Shown one piece after another: positions 1 through 11,313 of a stretch of 64,000 nucleotides of DNA (its first letter is position 1; each line of letters begins with the position of its first letter). The stretch comes from an uncultured Sterolibacterium sp. (GTDB lineage: Bacteria; Pseudomonadota; Gammaproteobacteria; Burkholderiales; Rhodocyclaceae), in the NCBI GenBank assembly GCA_903930535.1, contig CAIYYX010000246.1, forward strand, positions 29,850 through 93,849, given 5' to 3'. The translations under genes were made by a program, and so were the position numbers. The notes beneath the pieces are model-generated. The model made no database searches, was not told the origin of the DNA, and saw only the letters and a program-made list of their open reading frames with translations.

Positions 1-1100
<1,100 letters not shown>

Positions 1101-1123
1101 GTTGTATTTGCGGCGAATGAACG

Positions 1124-1651
1124 CTATGCCTCTGTCGCCTCGAGCGCGTCGTCGATTTCGCCGAGCAGCTTTTCCTGGAACATCAATTGCCGCACGGTAT
1201 CGGCGGCAGCATGGAAGGACGCATCGCCTGCCGCATCGAGTTGGGATTGCAGACGCTTATACTGCTCCTCCATCTCCTGCTTGAGTCGGCGGTGGAGTTT
1301 CTCGAGCTCAGCGACCGCACCGGCCTCGCTCATTTCGGCCACCGCTTGCCGCCATTCCATCTGCTGCATCAGGAACTCGGCAGGCATGCTGCGGGCCTTT
1401 TCGACATCGACGCCAGCGAGTTGCAACAGGTACTGGGCGCGCGAGAGCGGCCGCCGCAGCGTCTGGTAGGCCTCGTTCACCCTTGTTGCCCACTGCATCG
1501 CCAGACGCCTCTGGGCGTCGCCGAGATGGGCGTGCTTGTCGGGATGAACGCGCGCGAGCACCTCGTGATAGAGGCGTTCGAGTTCGCTCTTGTCCTGCGC
1601 ATAGCGCCGCGGCAGATCGAACAGGGCGAAGTGGTCTTGGGAAAAATCCAT
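1124..1651 (-). CDS. hscB: Fe-S co-chaperone HscB (J-domain)
   Basis: Internal ATG (cat at 1649-1651) of ORF 1124..2041. The product is 175 aa, [17 protein letters not shown]...RVHPDKH with the HPD J-domain motif. The longer 305-aa ORF reads through iscA in another frame. Confidence 0.9.
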   Translation of the reverse strand: MDFSQDHFALFDLPRRYAQDKSELERLYHEVLARVHPDKHAHLGDAQRRLAMQWATRVNEAYQTLRRPLSRAQYLLQLAGVDVEKARSMPAEFLMQQMEWRQAVAEMSEAGAVAELEKLHRRLKQEMEEQYKRLQSQLDAAGDASFHAAADTVRQLMFQEKLLGEIDDALEATEA

Positions 1652-1662
1652 AACCGCCGCAG

Positions 1663-1986
1663 CTACAATACGTTGAAGCTCTCGCCGCAGCCGCACTGAT
1701 CCTTGATGTTGGGGTTGTTGAACTTGAACCCCTCGTTCAGCCCCTCGCGGGTGAAATCCAGCTCGGTGCCATCGATGTAAGGCAGGCTCTTGGGGTCCAC
1801 CAGCACCTTGACGCCGTGACTCTCGAAGATGTGATCCTCGGGATTGGCGGCATCGACGAACTCGAGCTTGTAGGCCATGCCCGAGCAGCCCGAGGTGCGC
1901 ACGCCGAAACGCAGACCGATGCCGCGCCCACGCTTGGCGAGAAAGCTGGCCACATGCTGGGCGGCCTTTTCGGTGATGGTAATCAT
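1663..1986 (-). CDS. iscA: Fe-S cluster insertion protein IscA
   Basis: [12 protein letters not shown]...[15 protein letters not shown]...[10 protein letters not shown], 107 aa from the ATG at 1986, the same length as E. coli IscA. GAGG lies 10 nt upstream. An alternative ATG at 1995 overlaps the iscU stop. Confidence 0.9.
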   Translation of the reverse strand: MITITEKAAQHVASFLAKRGRGIGLRFGVRTSGCSGMAYKLEFVDAANPEDHIFESHGVKVLVDPKSLPYIDGTELDFTREGLNEGFKFNNPNIKDQCGCGESFNVL

Positions 1987-1991
1987 GCCGC

Positions 1992-2375
1992 TCATGCCTC
2001 GTGCTTGTGCTTGTAGTCTGCCACTGCCGCCTTGATGGCATCCTCTGCCAGGATGGAGCAATGAATTTTCACCGGCGGCAGGGCCAGTTCTTCGGCGATA
2101 TGGGTGTTCTTGATGTCGAGCGCCTGGTCAAGCGTCTTGCCCTTGACCCACTCGGTAACGAGCGAACTGGAGGCGATAGCGGAACCGCAACCGTAGGTCT
2201 TGAACTTTGCGTCCTCGATGATGCCATCCTTGCCAACCTTGATCTGCAGCTTCATCACGTCGCCGCAGGCCGGGGCGCCGACCATGCCGGTGCCGACATC
2301 ATCGGCGTCCTTGGCGAAGGTGCCGACGTTGCGCGGGTTTTCGTAATGATCCAGAACTTTTTCACTATATGCCAT
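1992..2375 (-). CDS. iscU: Fe-S scaffold IscU
   Basis: 127 aa, [18 protein letters not shown]...[15 protein letters not shown]...[12 protein letters not shown]...[15 protein letters not shown]. All three scaffold Cys motifs are present. Confidence 0.95.
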   Translation of the reverse strand: MAYSEKVLDHYENPRNVGTFAKDADDVGTGMVGAPACGDVMKLQIKVGKDGIIEDAKFKTYGCGSAIASSSLVTEWVKGKTLDQALDIKNTHIAEELALPPVKIHCSILAEDAIKAAVADYKHKHEA

Positions 2376-2396
2376 TTTGCTGCTCCTTAAATTGCT

Positions 2397-3611
2397 TCAA
2401 TGCGCCGCCCACTGGACGGTGTTGAGGTCGACCCCGTCCTGAAACATTTCCCACAGCGGTGACAGTTCGCGCAACTTGGCGATTTTCGCATGCAGCAGGC
2501 TGATCGTGTAGTCGATTTCCTCTTCCGTCGTGAAACGGCCGAGGGTCATGCGAATCGAGCTGTGCGCCAGTTCGTCGGAACGGCCCAGAGCGCGCAGCAC
2601 ATAGGAGGGCTCGAGGCTGGCGGAGGTACAGGCCGAGCCCGAGGATACCGCGACGTCCTTGATCGCCATGATCAGCGACTCGCCCTCGACGAAATTGAAG
2701 CTGATGTTGAGGTTGTGCGGCACGCGTTTTTCCACATCGCCGTTGACATAAGTCTCCGCGATGTCGGTGAGGCCCTTCAGGAGCTTGTCGCGCAGCCTTC
2801 TGATGCGGACATTCTCGGTCGCCATCTCCTCACGGGCGATGCGGAAGGCCTCGCCCATACCGACGATCTGGTGCGTGGCCAAGGTGCCCGAGCGCATGCC
2901 GCGCTCATGGCCGCCGCCGTGCATCTGCGCTTCCAGGCGGATGCGCGGCTTCCTGCGGACGTACAGGGCGCCGATGCCTTTCGGGCCATAGACTTTATGG
3001 GCCGTGACGGACATCAAGTCCACCTTCAATACCGCCAGATCGATCGGCATCTTGCCCGCGGCCTGGACGGCATCGACGTGGAAGATGACGCCTCTTTCGC
3101 GGCATATCTCTCCGAGTTCGGCGATAGGCTGGATCACGCCGATTTCATTGTTGACCGCCATCACCGAGGCGAGAATGGTGTCCGGACGCAACGCCGCCTT
3201 GAACTGCTCGAGGGTGATGAGACCATTCTCCTGCGGCTCAAGGTAGGTGACCTCGAAGCCCTGGCGCTCGAGTTCGCGCATGGTGTCCAGCACCGCCTTG
3301 TGTTCGGTGGAAACCGTGACGAGGTGCTTGCCCTTGCCGGAATAGAAGTGCGCCGCACCCTTGATGGCCAGGTTGTTGGATTCGGTGGCGCCGGAAGTCC
3401 AGACGATTTCCTTGGAGTCGGCATTGAGCAGCGCTGCGACCTGCCCGCGCGCCTCCTCGACCGCGGCCTCGGCTTCCCAGCCGTAGGCGTGGGAACGACT
3501 GGCGGGATTGCCGAATTTTTCCGTGAGGAAGGGAATCATATTCGCGGCCACGCGCGGATCCACCGGCGTCGTCGCAGAATTATCGAGGTAGATCGGGAAC
3601 TTCAGCATCAT
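2397..3611 (-). CDS. iscS: Cysteine desulfurase IscS
   Basis: [21 protein letters not shown]..., HK (PLP Lys) in [12 protein letters not shown], active-site loop [16 protein letters not shown], and an IscS-type C-terminal tail. The track start at 3614 is TTG; the ATGs at 3611 and 3608 follow GGAG. Confidence 0.95.
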   Translation of the reverse strand: MMLKFPIYLDNSATTPVDPRVAANMIPFLTEKFGNPASRSHAYGWEAEAAVEEARGQVAALLNADSKEIVWTSGATESNNLAIKGAAHFYSGKGKHLVTVSTEHKAVLDTMRELERQGFEVTYLEPQENGLITLEQFKAALRPDTILASVMAVNNEIGVIQPIAELGEICRERGVIFHVDAVQAAGKMPIDLAVLKVDLMSVTAHKVYGPKGIGALYVRRKPRIRLEAQMHGGGHERGMRSGTLATHQIVGMGEAFRIAREEMATENVRIRRLRDKLLKGLTDIAETYVNGDVEKRVPHNLNISFNFVEGESLIMAIKDVAVSSGSACTSASLEPSYVLRALGRSDELAHSSIRMTLGRFTTEEEIDYTISLLHAKIAKLRELSPLWEMFQDGVDLNTVQWAAH

Positions 3612-3639
3612 CAAATCTCCATGCTAATTTCTGTTTATT

Positions 3640-4797
3640 TCAGCCAGCCAGCGCGGTCAGGCGCCTCAGCTGGAAAAGGGTTTCGGCCAGGGCGGAGAGA
3701 AAAGCCGTCGCCTGCTGTTTACTGCTGCCCATGCCGAGACTGAGACGCACGGCGCCGCGGGAAAACTCCGGCGACACGCCCATGGCACGCAGCACGTGCG
3801 AAGGCTCTGGGGAAGCCGAAGAACAGGCAGAGCCGCTGGCCACCGCGAAGCCGGCGCGGTCCAGCTTGGCGACAAGCGTCTCGCCATCGATCTCCGGGAA
3901 GGCGAAAAATATCGTGTTGGCCAGGCGTGTCGCGCCCTGCCCGAAAATGGTCGCACCCTGCTGGGCAAGACCGCGCTCCAGTTGGCTGCGCAAAGCGGCA
4001 AGCACTGCAATGCCCTCATGCCGCCTTGCCACGGCAATTTCGCAGGCGAGGCCGAAGCCGACGATGGCAGCCACATTCTCCGTGCCGGAGCGCAAACCCC
4101 GCTCCTGGCCACCGCCTGAAATCAGCGGCCGCAGTTCGACGCGCTTGTCGAGCACCAGCGCTGCCGCGCCCTTGGGTCCGCAAATCTTGTGTGCCGAGAC
4201 GGTCAGGGCATGCACGCCGGCCTGATTCAATAAGCGAAAATCCAGTTCCATCTTGCCCAGCGCCTGGACGGCATCGGTGTGAAACCAGGTACCGGTAGCA
4301 CGAGCCTGGCCGGCGAGCGCTGGAATATCCTGCAGCACGCCGGTCTCGTTGTTGGCCAGGATCACCGACACGATTTTCGCTCCAGCGGCCAGCGCCTCCT
4401 GGTAATCACTTGCGGAAATGCGTCCTTCGGCATCGACTGCGATCTCATGGAGTCGCCATCCTTGCCGCGCCAGATCCTTTGCCGGCTCGCGCACGGAAGG
4501 ATGCTCGACTGCGCTGACGGCCAGTACGCCCGGCTTGAGATTGGCTGCAGCGCCCTTGAGGAAAAGATTGTTGGCTTCGGAACCGCTGCCGGTGAAAATC
4601 ACCTCGGTCGGATGCGCCCCGACTGCAGCGGCCACCTGACCGCGCGCCGCGTCTATCGCCCGCCTCGCTGCCCGGCCATATTCATGGCGGCTGGAGGCGT
4701 TGCCAAATTGTTCCGCGAAGTAGGGCAACATCGCCTCCAGCACACGCGGATCGAGCGGCGTGGTGGCGTTGTGGTCCAGATAGACGGGGGCGAACAT
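3640..4797 (-). CDS. Second class-V aminotransferase / NifS-IscS-like cysteine desulfurase paralog (385 aa)
   Basis: MFAPVYLDHNATTPLDPRV..., SAHKICGPKG, SGSACSSASPEPSHVLRAMGV. It is shorter than IscS at the C-terminus and sits between iscR and iscS. Confidence 0.85.
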   Translation of the reverse strand: MFAPVYLDHNATTPLDPRVLEAMLPYFAEQFGNASSRHEYGRAARRAIDAARGQVAAAVGAHPTEVIFTGSGSEANNLFLKGAAANLKPGVLAVSAVEHPSVREPAKDLARQGWRLHEIAVDAEGRISASDYQEALAAGAKIVSVILANNETGVLQDIPALAGQARATGTWFHTDAVQALGKMELDFRLLNQAGVHALTVSAHKICGPKGAAALVLDKRVELRPLISGGGQERGLRSGTENVAAIVGFGLACEIAVARRHEGIAVLAALRSQLERGLAQQGATIFGQGATRLANTIFFAFPEIDGETLVAKLDRAGFAVASGSACSSASPEPSHVLRAMGVSPEFSRGAVRLSLGMGSSKQQATAFLSALAETLFQLRRLTALAG

Positions 4798-4805
4798 GGC
4801 AGCAA

Positions 4806-5285
4806 TCAGGCGTCGACTAAGGAGAGGGCGACGCGGCGCTGCTTGGGCTGGTCAAGTTCGCCATGGCCCATGGTGTTCTTGGCCCGCTGCTGTTCGACCA
4901 ATTCACCCAGGCTGACCGAATCGAGATAGTCGTACATGCGCTTGGTGAGGGTGGTCCACAACATGTGGGTCATGCACGGCTGGTCGTCATGGCAGTTGCT
5001 CATGCCGCCGCATGCAGTCGCATCGAGGGGCTCATCGACGGCGGATATGATCTCGGCCACCGACATCTCTGCCATCGGCTTGGCCAGGCAATAACCGCCG
5101 CCGGGGCCGCGCACGCTGGCCACCAACTGGTGGCGACGCAACTTGCCGAACAACTGCTCAAGATAGGACAGGGAAATCTTCTGGCGTTCGCTGATACCCG
5201 CCAGCGTCACCGGCCCCCCCCCATGGCGCAGCGCCAGATCGATCATTGCGGTCACCGCAAAGCGGCCTTTAGTCGTCAGTTTCAT
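4806..5285 (-). CDS. iscR: Rrf2-family Fe-S regulator IscR
   Basis: MKLTTKGRFAVTAMIDLALRH...ISLSYLEQLFGKLRR (wHTH) plus the Cys cluster ATACGGMSNCHDDQPCMTH. It is the first gene of the isc operon. Confidence 0.9.
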   Translation of the reverse strand: MKLTTKGRFAVTAMIDLALRHGGGPVTLAGISERQKISLSYLEQLFGKLRRHQLVASVRGPGGGYCLAKPMAEMSVAEIISAVDEPLDATACGGMSNCHDDQPCMTHMLWTTLTKRMYDYLDSVSLGELVEQQRAKNTMGHGELDQPKQRRVALSLVDA

Positions 5286-5354
5286 GGTTTGCCTCGTCGT
5301 AAGCCAATCAGTCGGTCAAATCACCTTGCGCATCAACACTCACCCACCGTGCCA

Positions 5355-5407
5355 ATACCCGATAATCCTGCTCAACTATACGATGTCCGACAATTCTAGT
5401 CAACTAT
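5355..5407 (-). promoter_or_regulatory. Two candidate IscR type-1 boxes upstream of iscR
   Basis: On the minus strand, ATAGTTGAGCAGGATTATCGGGTAT (5379-5355) and ATAGTTGACTAGAATTGTCGGACAT (5407-5383) resemble the remembered type-1 consensus ATASYYGACTRWWWYAGTCRRSTAT. They lie 70-122 nt upstream of the iscR ATG. Confidence 0.5.
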
Positions 5408-6148
5408 TTTCCCCAGGTAATTCGGGTCGAACCGGTCTGCAGTCGCTGCCTCATCATCCACCGAGACGCCGGCGCGCTCGAGGAGAAGCAGGAGATGCTC
5501 GATGCGGCGGTCCGTTTCCACCGCATGGTCTAGCAAACCGTGGATGGCGCGCGACAGGGGATCTTCCTCGGTGCGGGTCACGGCATAGGCCGAGAAGCCC
5601 ATTTTCGCAGCCGTCGCCTCCCTTACCTGGTCTTGCTCGTTCATGATGATGCGCGCAGGAATGCCCACCGCCGTCGCCCCCGGCGGCACGTCGCGCACCA
5701 CTACGGCATTCGAACCGATCTTGGCCCCCTCGCCGATGGTGATGGGGCCCAGCACCTTGGCGCCAGCGCCTATCACCACGCCCGCCTCCAGGGTAGGGTG
5801 GCGCTTGCCCTTGTTCCACGATGTTCCGCCGAGCGTGACGCCGTGATAGAGGGTGCAGTCGTCGCGAATCACCGCTGTCTCTCCTATCACCACGCCCATG
5901 CCATGGTCAATGAAGACGCGGCGGCCTATGGTTGCTCCGGGATGAATCTCGACGCCAGTCAGCCAGCGGCCCCAGTGCGAAATCCAGCGCGCCAGCCAGC
6001 GCAGCCGATGGCTCCACAGCCATCGGCTTGCGCGATGAATCTGCAGCGCGTGGAAACCGGGATAGCAGGTCAGCACCTCCCATGCCGATCGGGCTGCGGG
6101 ATCGCGATCGAAGACGCAAGCGATGTCTTCACGCAGACGGCTGAACAT
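5396..6148 (-). CDS. cysE: Serine O-acetyltransferase
   Basis: [21 protein letters not shown]... followed by hexapeptide repeats ([24 protein letters not shown]...). The ATG at 6148 has GGAG 6 nt upstream; the track start at 6160 adds MESS. Confidence 0.9.
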   Translation of the reverse strand: MFSRLREDIACVFDRDPAARSAWEVLTCYPGFHALQIHRASRWLWSHRLRWLARWISHWGRWLTGVEIHPGATIGRRVFIDHGMGVVIGETAVIRDDCTLYHGVTLGGTSWNKGKRHPTLEAGVVIGAGAKVLGPITIGEGAKIGSNAVVVRDVPPGATAVGIPARIIMNEQDQVREATAAKMGFSAYAVTRTEEDPLSRAIHGLLDHAVETDRRIEHLLLLLERAGVSVDDEAATADRFDPNYLGKIVD

Positions 6149-6198
6149 AGACGACTCCATAAGAATTCACTGAAATATAAAATACCCCTGGTTTTTAA

Positions 6199-6939
6199 TC
6201 AACTTTTCTTGCGAATTTTTGGTTTCTCGAAGGTCGCCAAGAGGCCACGCAATATGCGGACTTCCTCCTTCTCCAGTCCGGTGCGGACAAACAGCCGGCG
6301 CAGTCTTTGCATCAGGCGCTTGGGTTGGGCCGGGTCGAGAAAACCGCTGGCCAGGGCGCTTTTCTCCAGGTGGGCGAAGAGTCCCTCGATCTCATCCGCG
6401 GTGGCCAACGGCAACTCGCTCTTCGGCGCTTCGCCCGGCATGGCGGCGGCCAGGCGCATCTCGTAGCACATCAACTGCACCGCGGCGCCGAGATTCAGAG
6501 ACGAGTAATCGGGATTGGCCGGAATCATGACCGGCAGATGACATAGAGAGAGTTCTTCGTTGGAAAGTCCCGAGGTCTCGTTGCCGAACACCAAGGCGAC
6601 CTCCTCCTGCGCCGCCGTCTCCACCAGTTGGGCGGCGCCCTCGCGCGCCCAGCAAAACGGCAGGGCGAGGTCGCGCCTGCGCGCCGTCATGCCGGCCACC
6701 ATCACGGTGTCTTTGAGCGCCTCCGACAATGTCTGGCAGACCACTGCCTGTTCGAGAATGTCTGATGCGCCGGAGGCGCGCGCATCGGCTTCAGCATCCG
6801 GGAAATGTCTGGGATTGACGAGATAGAGACGGGTGATTCCCATGGTCTTCATCGCCCGGGCACAAGCGCCGATGTTGCCCGGATGGCTGGTATGAGAGAG
6901 CACGATGCGCACGCGCGCGAGCGGGAAATAGCTGTTCAT
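6199..6939 (-). CDS. trmJ: SpoU/TrmH-class tRNA 2'-O-methyltransferase (TrmJ-like)
   Basis: [34 protein letters not shown]...[14 protein letters not shown]...[18 protein letters not shown]. The internal ATG at 6939 is used because the 327-aa track ORF extends across the suhB promoter. The trmJ/suhB divergent pairing matches E. coli. Confidence 0.85.
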   Translation of the reverse strand: MNSYFPLARVRIVLSHTSHPGNIGACARAMKTMGITRLYLVNPRHFPDAEADARASGASDILEQAVVCQTLSEALKDTVMVAGMTARRRDLALPFCWAREGAAQLVETAAQEEVALVFGNETSGLSNEELSLCHLPVMIPANPDYSSLNLGAAVQLMCYEMRLAAAMPGEAPKSELPLATADEIEGLFAHLEKSALASGFLDPAQPKRLMQRLRRLFVRTGLEKEEVRILRGLLATFEKPKIRKKS

Positions 6940-6996
6940 AATAGAATGGGCCTGAACCTGGCACCCTGCGCCTGCCCTCCACCGGAACCACCCCCA

Positions 6997-7797
6997 ATGC
7001 ATCCCATGCTCACCATCGCCGTCAAGGCTGCTCGCCGCGCAGGCCACATTATCAGCCGCGCCAGCCTCGACATCAGCCAACTGACGGTCAGCGCCAAACA
7101 GCAAAGCGACTATGTCACCGAAGTGGACCGTGCCGCGGAAGCGGCCATCATTGAAATACTGCGCGAGGCTTATCCCAGTCATGCGATTCTAGCAGAAGAG
7201 TCCGGTGCCTCAGGCCCTGAGAGCGAGTATCAGTGGATCATCGATCCGCTCGACGGCACCACCAACTTCATCCACGGCTTCCCGCAGTATGCGATCTCGA
7301 TCGCGCTCTCGCACAAAGGCGTGATGAACCATGCGGTGGTCTACGACACCAACCGCAACGAACTATTTACCGCCAGCAAGGGCGGCGGCGCCTTTCTCAA
7401 CGAGAAGCGCATCCGTGTCACCAAGCGCACCAAGCTCGCAGAAGCGCTGATAGGCACGGGCTTCCCCTACCGCTCCTTTGTGCATATCGACGCTTATCTG
7501 GCGATCTTCAAGGAACTGACGCAGAAGACCGCAGGCCTGCGCCGCCCGGGTGCAGCCTCGCTCGACCTGGCCTATGTCGCCGCCGGCCGCCTGGACGGCT
7601 TCTGGGAATTTGGCCTGAGTCCCTGGGACATGGCCGCCGGCGCGCTGCTGATCTCCGAGGCAGGAGGGCTCGTCGGCGATCTCTCCGGCGAGTCGGACTA
7701 TCTCGCCACCGGCAATATCATTGCAGGAAATCCGAAGGTGTTTTCCCAATTGCTGCAGGTGGTGAGGCCTCATCTGACAGCCCTGTTCAAGGCTTGA
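6997..7797 (+). CDS. suhB: Inositol monophosphatase family protein SuhB
   Basis: [16 protein letters not shown]...VTEVDRAAE...AEESG...[12 protein letters not shown]...WDMAAG, the IMPase motifs. Start is the internal ATG at 6997. Confidence 0.9.
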   Translation: MHPMLTIAVKAARRAGHIISRASLDISQLTVSAKQQSDYVTEVDRAAEAAIIEILREAYPSHAILAEESGASGPESEYQWIIDPLDGTTNFIHGFPQYAISIALSHKGVMNHAVVYDTNRNELFTASKGGGAFLNEKRIRVTKRTKLAEALIGTGFPYRSFVHIDAYLAIFKELTQKTAGLRRPGAASLDLAYVAAGRLDGFWEFGLSPWDMAAGALLISEAGGLVGDLSGESDYLATGNIIAGNPKVFSQLLQVVRPHLTALFKA

Positions 7798-7820
7798 ATC
7801 CAAATAAAAGGAGATAAAAG

Positions 7821-9266
7821 GTGTTCGACGATTTAAGAGAGTTCATAGAAAAGGCTGAGGCCCTGGGCGAATGCAAGGTCATTGACGGTGCCCATTGGGA
7901 TCTGGAAATGGGCCGAATAGCCGAGTTATCTCTCTCCGTCCCCGACTCGCCGCTCCTGATATTCGACAAGGTTCCAGGCTATCCGGAAGGAAACAGAGTC
8001 GCCACCAACCCCTTCACCTCGACGCGGCGGGTGGCGCTGGGTCTGGGCCTGCCCCTGGATCTCAAGGGACTGGATCTCATCAGGGCGTGGCGGGACAAGT
8101 TGGCCGCGGTGAAACCGATTCCGCCAGTGTATGTGGAGACAGGGCCGGTCAAGGAGAATGTGCTTCTGGGCGATGACGTCGATGTCCTGAAATTTCCCAC
8201 GCCGAAATGGCATGAGTTCGACGGCGGCCGCTATATCGGCACCGGCTGCATGGTGATCCAGAAGGATCCGGACAGCGGCTGGATCAATATGGGGACTTAC
8301 CGCTCGCAGGTCGTGGACAAGAATACCGTGACCTTCCACAGCGTTCCCGGTCGCCATGGCGCGATCATCGCCAAGAAGTATTGGGACAAGGGTTTGAGCT
8401 GCCCGACCGCCATCGTCTGCGGACAGGGGCCGCAGCTCTGGATCTCGGCGGTGTCCCCGGTGCCCATCGGCATCAGCGAACTTGAATGGGCAGGAGGCTT
8501 GAGAAACAAGGCGGTCGAGGTGGTACGCGGCGTGACCGTGGACCTGCCGATTCCGGCCGAGGCGGAAATCGTCCTCGAAGGAGAAATGCCGCCGCCTGAC
8601 AAGGTCAATGCCAGCGAAGGGCCGTTTGGCGAATGGGAAGGTTATTATTCAGGCGGCAAGAGCCCTCACCCGGTGCTCAAGGTCACCGCCATCCTGCATC
8701 GCAATAACCCCATCCAGTTCGGCGTGCCGATGCTGGTCGGCAAACACGATGACAACCTGATCATGGCTGTCGATCTCTCCGCCCAGCTTTGGGCAGAGTT
8801 CGACAAGCAGATCGCCGGGGTGAGGGGCGTCTCCTTCGTGTACGAAGCCAGGAGAAGGCCCATGGTCGTGGTCTCCCTGAAACAGATGTACCCGGGTCAC
8901 GTCAAACAGGCCGCGCTGATCGCAGCCGGCTCCTATCGCGGAGCAACACTTGTCGGCAGATTCGTCATCGTCGTGGATGACGACATCGACCCCACGAATA
9001 TGACCGAAGTCCTCTGGGCGCTGGGCACACGCTGCGACCCGAAGAGCCAGATCGATTTTCTCTCGGACCGCCTGTCCATGGCGTCGGACCCGCGGCTGGA
9101 ACCGGAAAAGAGAAAAATCGGAGACCTGACCTGCTCCACGGCCATCATCGATGCCTGCAAACCGTGGGCCTGGCGGGATCAATTCCCGAAATCGACCAAG
9201 ACCTCGCCCGAGGTCATGGAACAGGTGAAGCAGAAATGGGGCAGCCTGCTTTTTGGCAAACCATGA
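7821..9266 (+). CDS. UbiD-family (prFMN-dependent) decarboxylase, substrate unknown
   Basis: 481 aa with a GTG start after GGAGATAAAAG. MFDDLREFIEKAEALGECKVI... and the overall length are typical of the UbiD family. Whether it is the housekeeping ubiquinone UbiD cannot be decided here. Confidence 0.8.
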   Translation: MFDDLREFIEKAEALGECKVIDGAHWDLEMGRIAELSLSVPDSPLLIFDKVPGYPEGNRVATNPFTSTRRVALGLGLPLDLKGLDLIRAWRDKLAAVKPIPPVYVETGPVKENVLLGDDVDVLKFPTPKWHEFDGGRYIGTGCMVIQKDPDSGWINMGTYRSQVVDKNTVTFHSVPGRHGAIIAKKYWDKGLSCPTAIVCGQGPQLWISAVSPVPIGISELEWAGGLRNKAVEVVRGVTVDLPIPAEAEIVLEGEMPPPDKVNASEGPFGEWEGYYSGGKSPHPVLKVTAILHRNNPIQFGVPMLVGKHDDNLIMAVDLSAQLWAEFDKQIAGVRGVSFVYEARRRPMVVVSLKQMYPGHVKQAALIAAGSYRGATLVGRFVIVVDDDIDPTNMTEVLWALGTRCDPKSQIDFLSDRLSMASDPRLEPEKRKIGDLTCSTAIIDACKPWAWRDQFPKSTKTSPEVMEQVKQKWGSLLFGKP

Positions 9267-10234
9267 CGAGCAAATTCTTCGGCCTGTGCCTGGCCTTGAC
9301 TCTGGCATTTTCTTCAGTTACGGCCATTGCGCAAGTCTATCCTGCCAAGCCGATCAGGTTCGTGGTGGGATATGCTCCCGGCGGCAGCAACGACATACTC
9401 GCGCGCATCGTCGGCCAGAAGCTCTCCGAGCGTCTTGGCCAGTCGGTCATCATCGAGAACAAGCCCGGCGCTGATTCCAATATCGCCGCAGCCTATGTTG
9501 CCAAGGCGGCTCCCGACGGCTATACGCTTCTGATCGGCTCGAGCGGGACGATGACCATCAATCCCAACATCTACCAAAACCTGCCCTTCGATCCGGAGAA
9601 GGATTTCATCCCCATCACCCTGTTTGCTTCCGATCCACTGGTCTTCGCCGTCAATCCCACGTTTCCGGCCACCTCGCTCAAGGAACTGGTCACCATGGCC
9701 CGCGCCAAGCCCGGCTCCTTGTCCTACGCTTCGGGGGCGCCACCGATGTATGTGGCGACCGAATTGTTCAAGAAGCAGGCAGGCGTGGACATGATGCACA
9801 TTCCCTACAAAGGCAGCGGCCCTTCCGTCATGGCAGCCGTCACAGGCGAGGTGCCTTTGGTAGTGGTATCCATCGGACCAGCCCTGGCGCAACTGCGCGC
9901 GGGAAAGCTGCGACCCCTGGCCGTCACCGCACAGAAGAGGGCGCATCTCCTCCCGGACACCCCGACCGTGAAGGAAGCCATCGGGATTGATCTCGAAGGC
10001 GGCACCTGGGTAGGACTGTTCGCCCCTGCCGCGACGCCCAGCGCCATCATCGACAAGCTCTACTCCGAGTTGTCCATCGTCCTCCAGTCCGACAATCTGA
10101 AGGAGAAGTTTGCCTCCTACGGCTATGACACCAGCAGCATGGGGCTGCCGCCGGCAGAGTTCGGCGCATTCTTCAGGGCGAATCTGGCCAAATGGAAAAA
10201 GGTGACGAAGGAACTCAATATCAAGATAAATTAA
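9263..10234 (+). CDS. Bug/TctC-family periplasmic solute-binding protein 1
   Basis: MTSKFFGLCLALTLAFSSVTAIAQ signal peptide, then YPAKPIRFVVGYAPGGSNDILAR..., the Bug family signature. The ATG overlaps the UbiD stop (ATGA at 9263-9266). Confidence 0.9.
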   Translation: MTSKFFGLCLALTLAFSSVTAIAQVYPAKPIRFVVGYAPGGSNDILARIVGQKLSERLGQSVIIENKPGADSNIAAAYVAKAAPDGYTLLIGSSGTMTINPNIYQNLPFDPEKDFIPITLFASDPLVFAVNPTFPATSLKELVTMARAKPGSLSYASGAPPMYVATELFKKQAGVDMMHIPYKGSGPSVMAAVTGEVPLVVVSIGPALAQLRAGKLRPLAVTAQKRAHLLPDTPTVKEAIGIDLEGGTWVGLFAPAATPSAIIDKLYSELSIVLQSDNLKEKFASYGYDTSSMGLPPAEFGAFFRANLAKWKKVTKELNIKIN

Positions 10235-10309
10235 GCGTCGACGCTAGCAGGGATTGCTTCCAGAAAAACGGCGGCCACTGTTAGACTAGTTGGCGTCAAA
10301 GGAGACAAC

Positions 10310-11275
10310 ATGCAACTGATGCTAATAACCCTGTGGCTCGGCCTCGCGCTCATCTGTGGCGAGTCCATGGCGCAAAGCTATCCCTCCAAGCCGATCAAGT
10401 TCGTGGTGGGATATCCTCCCGGCGGCAGCAACGATATTCTCGCGCGCATCGTCAGCCAGAAGCTTTCCGAGCGCCTCGGCCAGTCGGTCATCGTGGACAA
10501 CAAGCCCGGCGCAGATTCCAATATCGCCGCGGCATTTGTCTCAAAAGCGGCGCCCGACGGCTATACGCTTCTGATCGGGGCGAGCGGGGCGATGACCTTC
10601 AATCCCGGCCTCTATGAACGCCTGCCCTTCGACCCGGAGAAGGATTTCATCCCCATCACCCTGTTTGCCTCCGACCCGCTGATCTTCGCCGTCAATCCCT
10701 CTTTTCCGGCCACTTCTCTGAAGGAATTGATCGCCATCGCCCGCGCCAAGCCCGGTTCCCTGTCCTACGCTTCAGGCGCGCCGCCAATGTATGTGGCCAC
10801 TGAACTGTTCAAGAAACTGGCAGGTGTGGACATCATGCATATTCCCTACAAAGGCAGTGGCCCTTCGGTCATGGCCGCAGTCACCAATGAAGTGCCTTTG
10901 GTCGTGGTCTCCATCGGACCGGCCCTGGCGCAACTACGCTCGGGGAAACTGCGCCCCCTGGCCGTCACCGCACCACAGAGAGCGCATCTCCTGCCGGACA
11001 CGCCGACCGTGCTGGAAGCCGCCGGGTTGGATTTTGAGGGCGGCATCTGGGTGGGTCTGTTCGCCCCTACCGGCACGCCTGCTGCCATCATCGACAAGCT
11101 TTACTCCGAGTTGTCCATCGTCCTCAAGTCAGACAGCATGAAGGAGCGTTTTGCCGCCATGGGCTATGAGACCAGCGGCATGGGATTGCCGCCGGCGGAG
11201 TTCGGCGCATTCTTCAGGGCAAACCTCGCCAAATGGAAAAAGGTGACGCGGGATCTCAACATCCGCGCAAACTGA
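10310..11275 (+). CDS. Bug/TctC-family periplasmic solute-binding protein 2
   Basis: Signal peptide followed by YPSKPIKFVVGYPPGGSNDILAR. About 85% identical to protein 1 (hand count: 46 mismatches over ~298 mature residues). Confidence 0.9.
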   Translation: MQLMLITLWLGLALICGESMAQSYPSKPIKFVVGYPPGGSNDILARIVSQKLSERLGQSVIVDNKPGADSNIAAAFVSKAAPDGYTLLIGASGAMTFNPGLYERLPFDPEKDFIPITLFASDPLIFAVNPSFPATSLKELIAIARAKPGSLSYASGAPPMYVATELFKKLAGVDIMHIPYKGSGPSVMAAVTNEVPLVVVSIGPALAQLRSGKLRPLAVTAPQRAHLLPDTPTVLEAAGLDFEGGIWVGLFAPTGTPAAIIDKLYSELSIVLKSDSMKERFAAMGYETSGMGLPPAEFGAFFRANLAKWKKVTRDLNIRAN

Positions 11276-11313
11276 GCGCCGCACTCACCGGCCCGACTTT
11301 CAGAGGAGACAAA

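Noticed and set aside
1124-2061. Over-long track ORFs (305 aa for hscB, 132 aa for iscA); similar N-terminal over-extensions occur for trmJ, suhB, sdhB, sdhD, mdh, purL, the large hydroxylase subunit and Bug proteins 1 and 3
   Set aside because: These are longest-ORF artefacts using upstream ATG/GTG/TTG codons that overlap the neighbouring gene. Internal starts were chosen by homologous N-termini, SD spacing and signal-peptide logic.
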